Source: Syntrophomonadaceae bacterium
GTDB taxonomy: Bacteria; Bacillota; Dethiobacteria; DTU022
DNA length: 64,000 nt
Assembly (NCBI GenBank): GCA_003567725.1
Contig: PWYU01000122.1
Coordinates: 44,201-108,200 of the forward strand
Direction of reading: 5' to 3'
The translations under genes and the position numbers were made by a program. The notes under the pieces were generated by a model. The model ran no database searches. It saw only the letters and a list, made by a program, of their open reading frames with translations, and was not told the origin of the DNA. This document shows positions 8,849-18,664 of the stretch, piece by piece; the first letter of the stretch is position 1; every line of letters begins with the position of its first letter.

Positions 8849-10024
8849 ATGCCAGAACAATGGTACATTAGCAAAGACAATGATCAGCTAGGACCTTTTA
8901 ATTGGGAAGAGCTTAAGAAACTAGCGCAAAAAAGAGAGTTGAGCCACAGTAATTTCGTATGGACTGAAGGAATGAAAGAGTGGATTCCAGCAGGAAGTGT
9001 TGAAGGTCTTTTTCAGCAAGAAACTGCTTCTGGTCCTCCACCGTTACCCTCGACATCCGCCCATAATTATTCTTCGAATCAGCAGATGCAAAGCGGAACT
9101 ATGGGGGCACCAGTCCGTAAGAAGAAGAGCGCTTTAAAAATAGCAGGTATAGTCGGCGCTTCTATTATTGTTCTCATAATAGTTTTTGTAGTAATTGTTT
9201 TATCTTCTGTTCGTAGCACTCTACGCTCTTCTGATATCTATAATCAGGCCATGAATGTTCTTCGTGAAAACCCTAAAGCAATAGAGGTCTTAGGGCAACC
9301 AATTGAAGATGGAAAGGCAGTTAACGGTTCTATAGAAGTTGGGAACAGTAGTGGTGAAGCTGATATATCAATTCCGGTTTCAGGCCCAATTGGTAAAGGA
9401 GATCTTCAAGTTATCGGTACCAGAACCGGTGGGTTGTGGGATCTCAAATCTCTGATCCTCATAGCAGAAGGCGGGGAAATAATTAACTTGCTCGAACTCG
9501 TTTCAGAAGTAACCCCCGATACCGATCAAGACGGCCTGGTTAAAGATGACTCTTCTTTTTTTCAGAGTATGGAGACCTTTAGTGATCCCAGATACGGCTT
9601 TACCATGAAGTATCCTCAGGACTGGCAATATGAAATTAGTGATGATATAGTTTCTTTCTACGGGCCGGATGATAATACAATTGCTATAGTATTATTGCTT
9701 ACCGAAAAAAGCGGTGGTAAATATCCTAATCTCCAGGCATTATATGAGGATGTACGTCAAATCTATACCGATATTGGAGGAACTGTAGGAGATTATGAAT
9801 CCGGATTTGAAGATATTGGTGGTGTAGAATATCCCATTATCTATTATCCAGCAACTTACCCTGGTAATGATGGAAGAGATTACTTTGAATCAGTAATCGC
9901 TATAGAGTATAGCAGTGAAAACTTTTTACAAATAATATACACTCTTCCTTTAGAACATTTTCATACCTATCACGATATTGTTTTTGATGAGATTATTGCT
10001 ACTTTTAATTTTAACAATAACTAA
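8849..10024 (+). CDS. DUF4339 (GYF-like) domain membrane protein, hypothetical
   Basis: 391 aa. The N-terminus (WYISKDNDQLGPFNWEELKKL…W.EGMKEW) fits the DUF4339 pattern. One transmembrane helix is predicted at residues ~95-120, followed by an extracytoplasmic domain. SD GGAGGT. Confidence 0.7.
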   Translation: MPEQWYISKDNDQLGPFNWEELKKLAQKRELSHSNFVWTEGMKEWIPAGSVEGLFQQETASGPPPLPSTSAHNYSSNQQMQSGTMGAPVRKKKSALKIAGIVGASIIVLIIVFVVIVLSSVRSTLRSSDIYNQAMNVLRENPKAIEVLGQPIEDGKAVNGSIEVGNSSGEADISIPVSGPIGKGDLQVIGTRTGGLWDLKSLILIAEGGEIINLLELVSEVTPDTDQDGLVKDDSSFFQSMETFSDPRYGFTMKYPQDWQYEISDDIVSFYGPDDNTIAIVLLLTEKSGGKYPNLQALYEDVRQIYTDIGGTVGDYESGFEDIGGVEYPIIYYPATYPGNDGRDYFESVIAIEYSSENFLQIIYTLPLEHFHTYHDIVFDEIIATFNFNNN

Positions 10025-10186
10025 TCCAATAGATGGCCTTACATCCTAAAAAGATAAGTTCTTTTACTTTAATTAACCAGTGATCCTGATAACGAATATG
10101 GCAAACTTATTGGCTCTTCAAGTTTGTTTAACTCTATTCTGTTGGGTACTTTAGATTATTAAAAATAGTTATGTAAGGCCATTTGT

Positions 10187-10237
10187 AACTACTCAGGCTT
10201 AGCTTATCATTCAACAAGGGCAATAGGCTGAGTAGTT
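10187..10237 (-). repeat. Mosaic intergenic repeat, copy 2 (modules A+D only, inverted orientation)
   Basis: aactactcaggct-tagc-ttatcattcaacaagggcaataggctgagtagtt is the reverse complement of the 18464 copy, minus the central module. Confidence 0.75.
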
Positions 10238-10284
10238 ACGGCCATTTTAACTAATTCATTTTGTGTAAAGAATGAGGCAGTCCG

Positions 10285-10647
10285 CTAGAGGCTTCTGGTA
10301 GCGATAAGATCTGAACCTGTTCCGAGCAGGTCTTTTATCAGTATGTCACCGATTTTTACCGGGCCTATTACCTCTACTCTGGCAATCTCATCAAGGGCCT
10401 GAAAAACCAGATCTTTAGGAATTGGTTTGCTGGTTTTAACCGGCAAGCGCGGCAGAGGCGCCTTTTGAATAACTACCGTAGAGGTGACTGTTCGGGTCGG
10501 ATTGGCATATTCGTCGTAAGCATAATCAACACCGAGCTTGCACTGCTGGCCGCGCACCGAAAGTTCACCTGGCTGGTTTGTTTTTTCTTTTACCTGCATT
10601 TTGCAGCCCAGGGGGCAGAGTATGCAGATCATTTCTTTAGTTTCCAT
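10285..10647 (-). CDS. DUF1667 domain protein
   Basis: 120 aa with an N-terminal Cys cluster (CILCPLGC…C). It is translationally coupled (2-nt gap) to the upstream FAD oxidoreductase, as in Clostridial glpA-like trios. Confidence 0.75.
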   Translation of the reverse strand: METKEMICILCPLGCKMQVKEKTNQPGELSVRGQQCKLGVDYAYDEYANPTRTVTSTVVIQKAPLPRLPVKTSKPIPKDLVFQALDEIARVEVIGPVKIGDILIKDLLGTGSDLIATRSL

Positions 10648-10649
10648 GC

Positions 10650-13436
10650 TTATGCATCTCCTTTATCCAGCTCGACTGTCAGCTCTTTAAAGCTTTCTGA
10701 CGGCAGATCTTCCGGTTTGATTTTTAAAACAATCATTTCACCTGGAGTGAGGATTTTTTTCTTCATATTTTTAACCGTTTTACCACCTGCTTTAGCTATT
10801 AGGGCACTATTCTCATGGTGGCCGTCACAACGCATATATAGCTCGACACCATTATTCATCAAGGCGGTTCTAATCTGCTGGGGCACGATATAATTAATGC
10901 CTTTTCCCGGAGTGGTCTGAAAACTGAATCCTTCCTCGGGCACTTTGCCATAGCGCATGATATAATCAGCAGCCCCCCGCCCGGCCTTGTAGCTTTCCTC
11001 AGTAACCCAGTCCACCAGGTCGTGGACATGAACCACGTTGCCGCAGGCAAAAATACCTTCAACACTGGTTTCCATGGCTTCGTTAACTACCGGTCCGCCG
11101 GTAGCCGGATGAAGTGTAACCCCGGCGCTCATGGAGAGCTCATTTTCAGGAATTAAACCGCGCGAAAAAAGGATGGTATCGCATTGTAGTTCTCGTTCTG
11201 TTCCTCCAATTGGTTGTTTGTTCTGGTCGGTGTTGGCGATTGTAATGCTTTCAACCCTATCTTTACCTTTAATGTTGGTAATGGTGTGTTCAAGAAGCAT
11301 GGGAATGTTGTAATCTTCCACACATTGCACGTAGTTACGAACCAGGCCTTCAGAGTATGGTTTGCGTTCAATAACAGCTACCACTTCGCCGCCTTCCCAG
11401 ACGATGCGGCGGGCCATAATCAAGCCGATATCGCCCGATCCAAAAACGACCACTTTTCTACCAACCATATATCCTTCGATATTGACAAAGCGCTGGGCGG
11501 TGCCGGCTGAAAAGATTCCAGCCGGCCTGGTTCCCGGGGTACTGATAGCCCCGCGGGTTCTTTCCCGGCAACCCATGGCCAGCACAATCGCTCCAGCCTG
11601 CACTGCGCTCAAGCCGTCCTGGTTGTTAATAAAGGTAATGCGGCGGTTTTGGCCGACGGAGAGGACCATGGTATTTAACTTACAGCAGATCCCTTTATCT
11701 TCTAGTTGATCGATAAACCGCTCAGCGTATTCCGGTCCGGTTAGCTCTTCCCGGAATTGGTGCAGGCCAAAACCGTTATGAATACATTGCTGCAGGATTC
11801 CGCCCAGTTCATGGTCTCGCTCGATAATCAGAATGTCATCTATGCCTTTCTCCCTGGCGGCTATTGCTGCAGCCATCCCAGCCGGCCCGCCTCCAATAAT
11901 AACCAGGTCATAGTGATCTTTTCCGGCCTGGGCTTTTTTCAAGTCCCGGGACTCTGCCGGGCAGGTTTCTTTTGCAGCGCCTGATCTCTCCACCTTAAGC
12001 TGTTTTTCCTTGGTTAGCCCGGCAAGAATGTAGGAACCGGGATTGTTTTTGGTGATATCCTCCGGGTCCAGGTTAAGTTCCCGGGCCAGGATCTGGATCA
12101 CCCTGGGCCCGCAGAAACCGCCCTGGCAGCGCCCTCCACCCGGCCGGGTTCTCTTCTTAATGCCGTCTACTGTCCGTGCTCCCACCGGGCCTTTAATGGC
12201 CCTGACAATTTCACCTTCGGTGACGTTTTCGCAGCGGCAAATAATCCGGCCAAAGCGAGGGTCTTCCTTGATTAAGGCTGTTTTTTCCTGCTCGCTAAGG
12301 TTTATAAAAGCGCTGTGGCGCTTGCCAGCAGGGCAGTAATGATGATTTTTCTCCAGGGGCCCGGTCTTTTCTGTTAAAAGATCAGCTACGTATTCTGCTA
12401 TGGCCGGTGCTGAAACCAGTCCTGGTGACTCAATGCCCGCTACATTGATGAAGCCAGGGGTATGACTGTGTTCCTCGACAATAAAATCTCCCACGCTTGT
12501 TTTAGCCCTCAAGCCGCTGAATGAAGTGATGATCTTGTGTAAAGGCAGGCCGGCTTTAATCTTTTCGGCATTCTCACGGATGAAGGACAGGCCCTGTGCG
12601 GTTGTTTCTGTTGCTTCTTTGTTATCGACAGTTTCAGCATTGGGTCCGACGATTAAATTACCGTGCGCAGTGGGTGAAATCAGCACACCTTTGCCAAGCT
12701 TTGTGGGGCAGGGGAACAGAACATGCCTGGCAAAATGCCCGGCGTTTTTGTCTAAAAGAAAATATTCTCCCCTGGTCGGTTGAATCTGAAAATAAGCTGG
12801 ATTGACCATTGCATTGATCTGGTCGGAATAAAGACCGGCGGCGTTTATGACATGCCTGGCTTCGATTTCCTCACTGCCACAGTTTAATGTAAACTTTTCA
12901 CCGGTTTTTACGATGTCCGTAACAGCACTGTTGCACCTGATTTCAGTTCCGCTGTTAGCGGCGCTTTCTGCTAAGGCGATGGCGAGCAGGTAGGGATCAG
13001 TGACCCCGGCAGTTGGTGCATATAGTGCGCCTCTTGCTTCTTTGCTCAAACCGGGCTCCAGATCTTGCAGTTTTTCCTTACCCACTATTTCCAGGCCGGG
13101 GACACCCAGATGGCGTCCTCTTTCAGCAAGGTCATTTAAAGTAAGCATTTCCTCTTCGCTAAATGCAATCACCAGGGAACCGTTTTGTTTAAAAGCAACA
13201 TCAAGCTCCCGGCACAAAGCCTCAAACATCCGGTTGCCTGCAACATTAAATTTTGCTTTCAAGGTGCCTGGTTTAGGATCAAATCCGGCGTGGACAATGG
13301 CGCTGTTCGCTTTAGTAGTGCCGTTGGCTAGATCACTGTCTTTCTCAATTAATATTAATTGCAGGTTATATTGAGCCAGCTTTCTGGCTATGGCAGTGCC
13401 GATAATACCGGCACCAATAATGGCGACGTCAAACAT
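10650..13436 (-). CDS. Fused FAD-dependent oxidoreductase (GlpA-like, with BFD-like [2Fe-2S] domain) / NAD(P)-FAD-dependent pyridine-nucleotide-disulfide oxidoreductase
   Basis: A single 928-aa frame. The N-terminal half has GAGIIGTAIARKL followed by a CRCENVTEGE…C BFD-like segment. The C-terminal half carries a second dinucleotide motif, VIIGGGPAGMAAA, and a GSGDIG NAD motif. SD AGGAGG. Confidence 0.85.
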   Translation of the reverse strand: MFDVAIIGAGIIGTAIARKLAQYNLQLILIEKDSDLANGTTKANSAIVHAGFDPKPGTLKAKFNVAGNRMFEALCRELDVAFKQNGSLVIAFSEEEMLTLNDLAERGRHLGVPGLEIVGKEKLQDLEPGLSKEARGALYAPTAGVTDPYLLAIALAESAANSGTEIRCNSAVTDIVKTGEKFTLNCGSEEIEARHVINAAGLYSDQINAMVNPAYFQIQPTRGEYFLLDKNAGHFARHVLFPCPTKLGKGVLISPTAHGNLIVGPNAETVDNKEATETTAQGLSFIRENAEKIKAGLPLHKIITSFSGLRAKTSVGDFIVEEHSHTPGFINVAGIESPGLVSAPAIAEYVADLLTEKTGPLEKNHHYCPAGKRHSAFINLSEQEKTALIKEDPRFGRIICRCENVTEGEIVRAIKGPVGARTVDGIKKRTRPGGGRCQGGFCGPRVIQILARELNLDPEDITKNNPGSYILAGLTKEKQLKVERSGAAKETCPAESRDLKKAQAGKDHYDLVIIGGGPAGMAAAIAAREKGIDDILIIERDHELGGILQQCIHNGFGLHQFREELTGPEYAERFIDQLEDKGICCKLNTMVLSVGQNRRITFINNQDGLSAVQAGAIVLAMGCRERTRGAISTPGTRPAGIFSAGTAQRFVNIEGYMVGRKVVVFGSGDIGLIMARRIVWEGGEVVAVIERKPYSEGLVRNYVQCVEDYNIPMLLEHTITNIKGKDRVESITIANTDQNKQPIGGTERELQCDTILFSRGLIPENELSMSAGVTLHPATGGPVVNEAMETSVEGIFACGNVVHVHDLVDWVTEESYKAGRGAADYIMRYGKVPEEGFSFQTTPGKGINYIVPQQIRTALMNNGVELYMRCDGHHENSALIAKAGGKTVKNMKKKILTPGEMIVLKIKPEDLPSESFKELTVELDKGDA

Positions 13437-13458
13437 CTGTTACCTCCTGAGGTTAAGG

Positions 13459-14649
13459 TTATTGCAAGTCATTAACAAAAGCTTCGAGGCGATCAAGACC
13501 TTTAATAATATTATCCATTGATGTGGCAAAAGATAAACGGACATAATTAGGCGCTCCGAACCCGCTGCCCGGCACAATCGCCACTTTTCTGCTTTCCAGT
13601 AACTGGCCGGCAAAATCATCACAGCCTTCTAAGGTTTTACCCTGGAAAGATTTACCTATAACGCCGGATAAGTCAACGAATAGATAGAAGGTGCCCCTGG
13701 GCGTGAGTGCATCCAAACCCGGTATATTTTTTATCCGTTCACACATATATTTTCTGCGTTCATCAAACGCAACCAGCATTTCACCGACACATTTTTGACT
13801 TTCATCTAAAGCAGCCAGGGTTGCTTTTTGGGCTATTGAATTAGGATTTGATGCGGTATGGCTTTGGATAGCAGCCATTACTTTGGCGATTTCAGCAGTT
13901 GAAGCAGTATAACCAATCCGCCAACCGGTCATGGCATAACTTTTAGAAACACCGTTGACTACGATGGTCAGTTCTTTTATTTTTTCATTGAAGGAAGCGA
14001 TGCTATAATGGATCGCTTCATCGTAAAGCAGTTTTTCATATATTTCATCTGATACGACATAGATGTTATGTTCGCAGCAAACATCACAAATCGCTTTTAA
14101 TTCATCTTTGCTGTATACCTGCCCGGTAGGGTTGCTGGGACTGTTTAGAAGCAGTGCTTTGGTTTTTGCGCTTAAAGCATTTTTTAAATCACCTGCTGTA
14201 ACCTTTAAATTATTATCTTTACTGGCCTTGACAATGACTGGAATGCCGTCGTTTAACTTGACCAGTTCCGGATAACTAACCCAGTAAGGGGCTGGAATTA
14301 ATACTTCATCCCCAGGGTTTAAAAGGGCGGCCAGGCTATTAAAAAGTGAATGCTTGGCCCCGTTACTGACCACAATCTGGCTGGGATCATATTCTAAAGC
14401 GTTGTCAGTTTTAAGCTTGCGGCATATGGCTTGCTTTAGCTCTAAAGTTCCCGCAGCCGGGGTATAGCGAGTATGACCCTCATTAATGGCTTTGATAGCC
14501 GCTTCTTGAATATGTGAAGGGGTATCGAAATCGGGCTCACCGGCTCCAAAACCGATAACATCAAGACCCTGGCTGATCATTTCTTTTGCTTTTGCATCGA
14601 TAAGCATGGTTGGAGAAGGGCTAACACCCATTCCTTTCTTCGACAACAT
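13459..14649 (-). CDS. aspB: Aspartate aminotransferase (class I PLP-dependent aminotransferase)
   Basis: 396 aa with NPTG and the SKSYAMTGWRIGY PLP-lysine region. Confidence 0.88.
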   Translation of the reverse strand: MLSKKGMGVSPSPTMLIDAKAKEMISQGLDVIGFGAGEPDFDTPSHIQEAAIKAINEGHTRYTPAAGTLELKQAICRKLKTDNALEYDPSQIVVSNGAKHSLFNSLAALLNPGDEVLIPAPYWVSYPELVKLNDGIPVIVKASKDNNLKVTAGDLKNALSAKTKALLLNSPSNPTGQVYSKDELKAICDVCCEHNIYVVSDEIYEKLLYDEAIHYSIASFNEKIKELTIVVNGVSKSYAMTGWRIGYTASTAEIAKVMAAIQSHTASNPNSIAQKATLAALDESQKCVGEMLVAFDERRKYMCERIKNIPGLDALTPRGTFYLFVDLSGVIGKSFQGKTLEGCDDFAGQLLESRKVAIVPGSGFGAPNYVRLSFATSMDNIIKGLDRLEAFVNDLQ

Positions 14650-14753
14650 TAATTTTTCACTCCTTTTACAGCTATAATTTATTATTTTATCACGAAATAA
14701 GCCGGGATAGTTGGTTTGATGATAAAAAAGAAAGGGTCTTTATTACTAACTGC

Positions 14754-15758
14754 TCAATTCCCGGAGGATAACTTCTTTTGTACATATGCAGGAGGGATCC
14801 AGAGCAGATCATTGTCTATAAGCTGTTCTGGATTAACCGGTCTGCCATTAAGATTTACCTCCCAGTGCAAATGGGGGCCGGTGGCATAACCGGTCATTCC
14901 TAAAGTTCCTATAATCTCTTCCTGTTTAACAGCCTGGCCTTCACTAATTTTAATAGAATCCAGATGCATATAGGTGCTTGATAGACCAAGGCCGTGATCG
15001 ATAATCACGGTTTTTCCTCCTGAGAGGAGATCATCAGCCAACCTTACAATGCCGCTGTTCGGAGCACTGATGGGAGTGCCTGTTTCTTCAGCGATATCAA
15101 TCCCGGCATGCCGCCGCGGGGGGTTGTTGTTGATCACCCTGATAGCTCCGTATTCTGAGGTAACCCTTCCCTCAAGAGGTTGAATAAAAACATCTGTCCA
15201 CAGGGGGTAAGATTTGCTATTAGAACGGGCCTGCCTGACCTTTTCCCGGTCTTCAGCGAGACGTTCAGCCGTCCATCCTGCAGTTACCCGGGCAGGCATA
15301 GAGAACCTGGCCGTTTGAAATGTTTTTTCAGAAAGGTTAACGGTTGTTTCAAGGGTTCTGTTAGGGTTTTCTTGATCCTGGACTTGGATTCTCAGATCAT
15401 AACTGCCGGGGTCTGTTTCATAACTGACTCCGATTATAGTGTAAAGCAAATTACCAACCCGGTATAATTCAGAAACTGCTCCAGGGAAGTCAAAATCAAT
15501 ATTGATCTCAGCTTGCCCGCTAATTGGACTTGCCTCGAGTATCAGGAAATCGCCCGGTTTGGGATTTGCAGGATATATGATGATTTTCTCTTCTGCAGAG
15601 GGTTCATAGATCGAGATATATAAGGGAGGGGTTTCAGGTGAATAGTCAGATGCTGTAAATATCTTTTCAGGACCGTCCTGGATTAAGATCAGAGCGCTGG
15701 TAACCATAAAACAAGCGATAACCAGAAAGAAAAAACTCTGTCCTTCTTTAAATATCAT
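14754..15758 (-). CDS. M23 family metallopeptidase (LytM-like), secreted or membrane-anchored
   Basis: 334 aa with an N-terminal hydrophobic signal. The M23 catalytic motifs HAGIDIA and HLHWEV are present. Confidence 0.85.
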   Translation of the reverse strand: MIFKEGQSFFFLVIACFMVTSALILIQDGPEKIFTASDYSPETPPLYISIYEPSAEEKIIIYPANPKPGDFLILEASPISGQAEINIDFDFPGAVSELYRVGNLLYTIIGVSYETDPGSYDLRIQVQDQENPNRTLETTVNLSEKTFQTARFSMPARVTAGWTAERLAEDREKVRQARSNSKSYPLWTDVFIQPLEGRVTSEYGAIRVINNNPPRRHAGIDIAEETGTPISAPNSGIVRLADDLLSGGKTVIIDHGLGLSSTYMHLDSIKISEGQAVKQEEIIGTLGMTGYATGPHLHWEVNLNGRPVNPEQLIDNDLLWIPPAYVQKKLSSGN

Positions 15759-16040
15759 ACTAACCTCCGCGGTGATTTGACAGTGATGATCATAAACTAA
15801 TTTACCATAAAAAGCAGGAGAGGGGCACCCTTTGTAGAAAAGTTATTTATTCACAGATTACAGTTGGGTTTAACAATACGGCTTTTTAAAGAGTATGAGA
15901 AGAATTTGATTTACTAAAGCCAGTCAAAAAGAAGAGCTTAAATAACTATTCTAAAAGTGCGATTTACCATTTTCACCCATCTGATGGTAAGGGTAAGGGT
16001 TCATGGGGGTCTACTCTGCCTTTTGTCTTTGTTAAATGAC

Positions 16041-16150
16041 AACAGGCGCCACGGGGACGTTTCGAACGTCCCTTAAAACTTAGCTTTAAGGCCGAAGTAA
16101 AGATGATGGAATCGTTATCTGTGGCTTAGCGGCTAGGCTTGATTAGTTAT
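16041..16150 (+). repeat. Mosaic intergenic repeat, copy 3 (modules B-like, SD/ATG module, C/D-like)
   Basis: ggcgccacggggacg…cttaaggccgaag…gatgatggaatcg…ctgtggcttagcggctaggcttgattagtt. Confidence 0.65.
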
Positions 16151-16221
16151 GATCTTAAAAACTTATTAGTTCTTTGAAAGCTGTTTTAGCTTGCTTGCAG
16201 AAAACTGTTTTGGAGGTGCAC

Positions 16222-17325
16222 GTGGTGCTTGATTTATTAACCGCTTTTTGGACTTTTATTGTAAACCAGGATAACCACTGGTGGCAGATTTTGATAGCCG
16301 CCTTGATTATTATATTTACTTTTTTTGTGCGAGGTATTTTGACCCGTATTGTATTAAATATTATTATAAGACTAACCAAAAAAACAAGAACCGAACTTGA
16401 TCGTGTAATAATGCTGGCTTTTGAAGGACAGCTAAAAGTCTTGATCTTTATTATCGGTTTATTCCTGGCCTTTAACTACCTTCCTCTTTCTCCGGGCGTT
16501 ATGATCGTTTTAACCAGCCTGTTCCGCTCGGCGATCATCGTTTTAATTGCCTGGGGTTTATTTAATTTGGCGGGAAATGAGGCCTATAACCGTGTTAGTT
16601 ACTTAATGAAATTAGAGCAGGGCCTGGCTATTTTTGTTTCCAAAGGTCTGCGGGCGATCATTATTGCCCTGGCTTTTGTTATTGTTATCCAGGAATGGGG
16701 TTATGATGTGAGCGGCTTGATTGCCGGCCTTGGTATCGGTGGACTGGCCCTTTCTTTAGCGGCCAAAGATGCACTGGCCAATATCTTTGGCGGAGTAATG
16801 ATTATTCTTGACAAACCTTTTGCTGTGGGAGACTGGATCCTCACTCCCAGCGTTGAAGGGACCGTGGAAGAAATGAGCCTGCGCAGTACCAGGGTGCGTA
16901 CATTTGCCAATTCTTTAGTTACTGTCCCCAATGCGGTGCTGGCCAACGAAGCGATCACCAACTGGACAAGGATGCAAAAACGGCGGATTACTTTCCACCT
17001 GGGAGTAACTTATACAACTCCCCGGCATAAACTGCAAAACTGTGTTAACAAAATCAAGGATTTGCTAAAAAATCACCCCGACGTACACCCTGATCTGATC
17101 ATGGTGCACTTCGACCAGTTTGCCGGTAGCAGCCTGGATATTTTCATTTATTTTTTCACCAGGACCAAGGTTTGGACTGAATTCCTGGCTGTCAAGGAAG
17201 ATATTAATTTTAAGATTATGGAGATCCTTGAAAAAGAAGGAGTCTCTGTTGCCTTTCCAAGCCGCAGTATCTATTTTGAAAATAAACTGCAATCTGAAAG
17301 CAGCCTAAAAGATCCCAAAGTTTAG
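16222..17325 (+). CDS. Mechanosensitive ion channel, MscS family
   Basis: Multi-TM N-terminus followed by the MscS beta-domain. The track ORF begins at 16174 inside the repeat copy, but a GTG at 16222/16225 with SD GGAGGTG 5-8 nt upstream is the more likely start. Confidence 0.83.
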   Translation: MVLDLLTAFWTFIVNQDNHWWQILIAALIIIFTFFVRGILTRIVLNIIIRLTKKTRTELDRVIMLAFEGQLKVLIFIIGLFLAFNYLPLSPGVMIVLTSLFRSAIIVLIAWGLFNLAGNEAYNRVSYLMKLEQGLAIFVSKGLRAIIIALAFVIVIQEWGYDVSGLIAGLGIGGLALSLAAKDALANIFGGVMIILDKPFAVGDWILTPSVEGTVEEMSLRSTRVRTFANSLVTVPNAVLANEAITNWTRMQKRRITFHLGVTYTTPRHKLQNCVNKIKDLLKNHPDVHPDLIMVHFDQFAGSSLDIFIYFFTRTKVWTEFLAVKEDINFKIMEILEKEGVSVAFPSRSIYFENKLQSESSLKDPKV

Positions 17326-17457
17326 CCGCTTGCAGCCAAAACCAGGTTATAATGCTAAGATGCGTGAGCTATAAGCCTTGCTTTTAAGGCTTATCTTAAT
17401 TGAAAGGCTTTAGCCATTCCTTAACTGCAGCAGATCTTGTTAGCGCAGTACAATAAT

Positions 17458-17496
17458 ACCGCCTGAAAAAAACTCAGGCGGTAAGCTGTTCTTTTT
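17458..17496 (+). terminator. Rho-independent terminator after mscS
   Basis: Stem ccgcctga / tcaggcgg with an A-rich loop, followed by a T-rich tract. Confidence 0.6.
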
Positions 17497-17595
17497 ATCT
17501 GTAAAATGTTTAAGTTTTAAATCCTGTTTTACCGGGCTTTTAAAACCATTTTTACTTTCCCAAAATTTACTTTCCCCAAAGCCCGTAAACGCTCA

Positions 17596-18240
17596 TTAAC
17601 CTTGAGTTTTTTTCCAATCATTAAGAAACTTTTCAATCCCCAGGTCAGTCAGGGGATGTTTAAACATCTGTTCCAGCACCTTAAAAGGAACGGTAGCGAT
17701 GTGGGCACCCGCCAGTGCTACTGCCGAGACATGTTCAGGGTGACGGATGCTGGCGGCGATTACTTCAGTATCAAGATCGTGCAGATCGATCATGTCGACG
17801 ATATCGCGAACCAGATCTACCCCGGTTTGGCCGATGTCATCCAACCTTCCTAAAAAGGGACTAACATAGGCAGCACCGGCTCGAGCAGCCAGTAAAGCCT
17901 GGTTGACTGAAAAAACCAGGGTAACATTAACCTTGATGCCTTCAGAGGAGAGGGTTTTAACCGCCCGCAATCCTTCGGGCATAACCGGGACTTTAATGAC
18001 CACGTTTTTGTGAACTCCTGCCAGTTCACGGCCTTCTTTAACCATGCCTTCATAATCGAGCGATATAACTTCGGCACTAATCGGGCCGTCTACTATACAG
18101 CAGATAGCGGGCAGGATCTTAGAAAAGTCTTCATTTTCTTTAGCTGCCAAAGAGGGGTTGGTGGTGATTCCACTGATTACTCCCCAGCCGGCTGCTGTTT
18201 TTATTTCTTCCACATTGGCTGTATCCAGGTATAACTTCAT
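17596..18240 (-). CDS. tal: Transaldolase / fructose-6-phosphate aldolase family (short TalB-type)
   Basis: 214 aa from [18 protein letters not shown]. The track ORF is longer through an in-frame upstream extension with no RBS. Confidence 0.9.
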   Translation of the reverse strand: MKLYLDTANVEEIKTAAGWGVISGITTNPSLAAKENEDFSKILPAICCIVDGPISAEVISLDYEGMVKEGRELAGVHKNVVIKVPVMPEGLRAVKTLSSEGIKVNVTLVFSVNQALLAARAGAAYVSPFLGRLDDIGQTGVDLVRDIVDMIDLHDLDTEVIAASIRHPEHVSAVALAGAHIATVPFKVLEQMFKHPLTDLGIEKFLNDWKKTQG

Positions 18241-18463
18241 ATTCTTTACCTCCAGGTAAATAGTGATTAGAAGGGCCGAATAACACAGCTGCATTGGCGC
18301 TTTTTCCGGCCGCATTACAAGTATTCTCCTTACCAGTTTATTTTCCCTGCCATTGATAACCGCTATTTAAAAGATCAGCAGGTTAATTAAACCTGTGTTA
18401 ATCTTCCCTTAGACGATTCTCCAAACCGAAACTCGTTTTATTTGTTCTCAAGTAACTACTCAG

Positions 18464-18525
18464 CCTATTGCCCTTGTTGAATGATAACCGTCCCCTGTGG
18501 CTTAGCGGGCTAGACCTGAGTATTT
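18464..18525 (+). repeat. Mosaic intergenic repeat, copy 4 (modules A-C-D, full length)
   Basis: aactactcagcctattgcccttgttgaatgataaccgtcccctgtggcttagcgggctagacctgagtat. The termini are inverted-complementary. Confidence 0.8.
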
Positions 18526-18664
18526 ACGTTTTCAAGAATTTTCGAGCATAGACTTCTCAAAAACCGTACCCTTAAATAGCCGGTTCAGGTTGACTTTTCA
18601 GCTATTTTAGCCAGTTGCCAGGAAAGAAGGGGACTGATAAAATGAAGTGAAAGGATGGTGAACG

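Noticed and set aside
10465-10893. ORF 10465-10893 (+), 142 aa.
   Set aside because: It is antisense to the DUF1667 gene and the 3' end of the glpA-like gene. It has no RBS and a hydrophobic, low-complexity translation.
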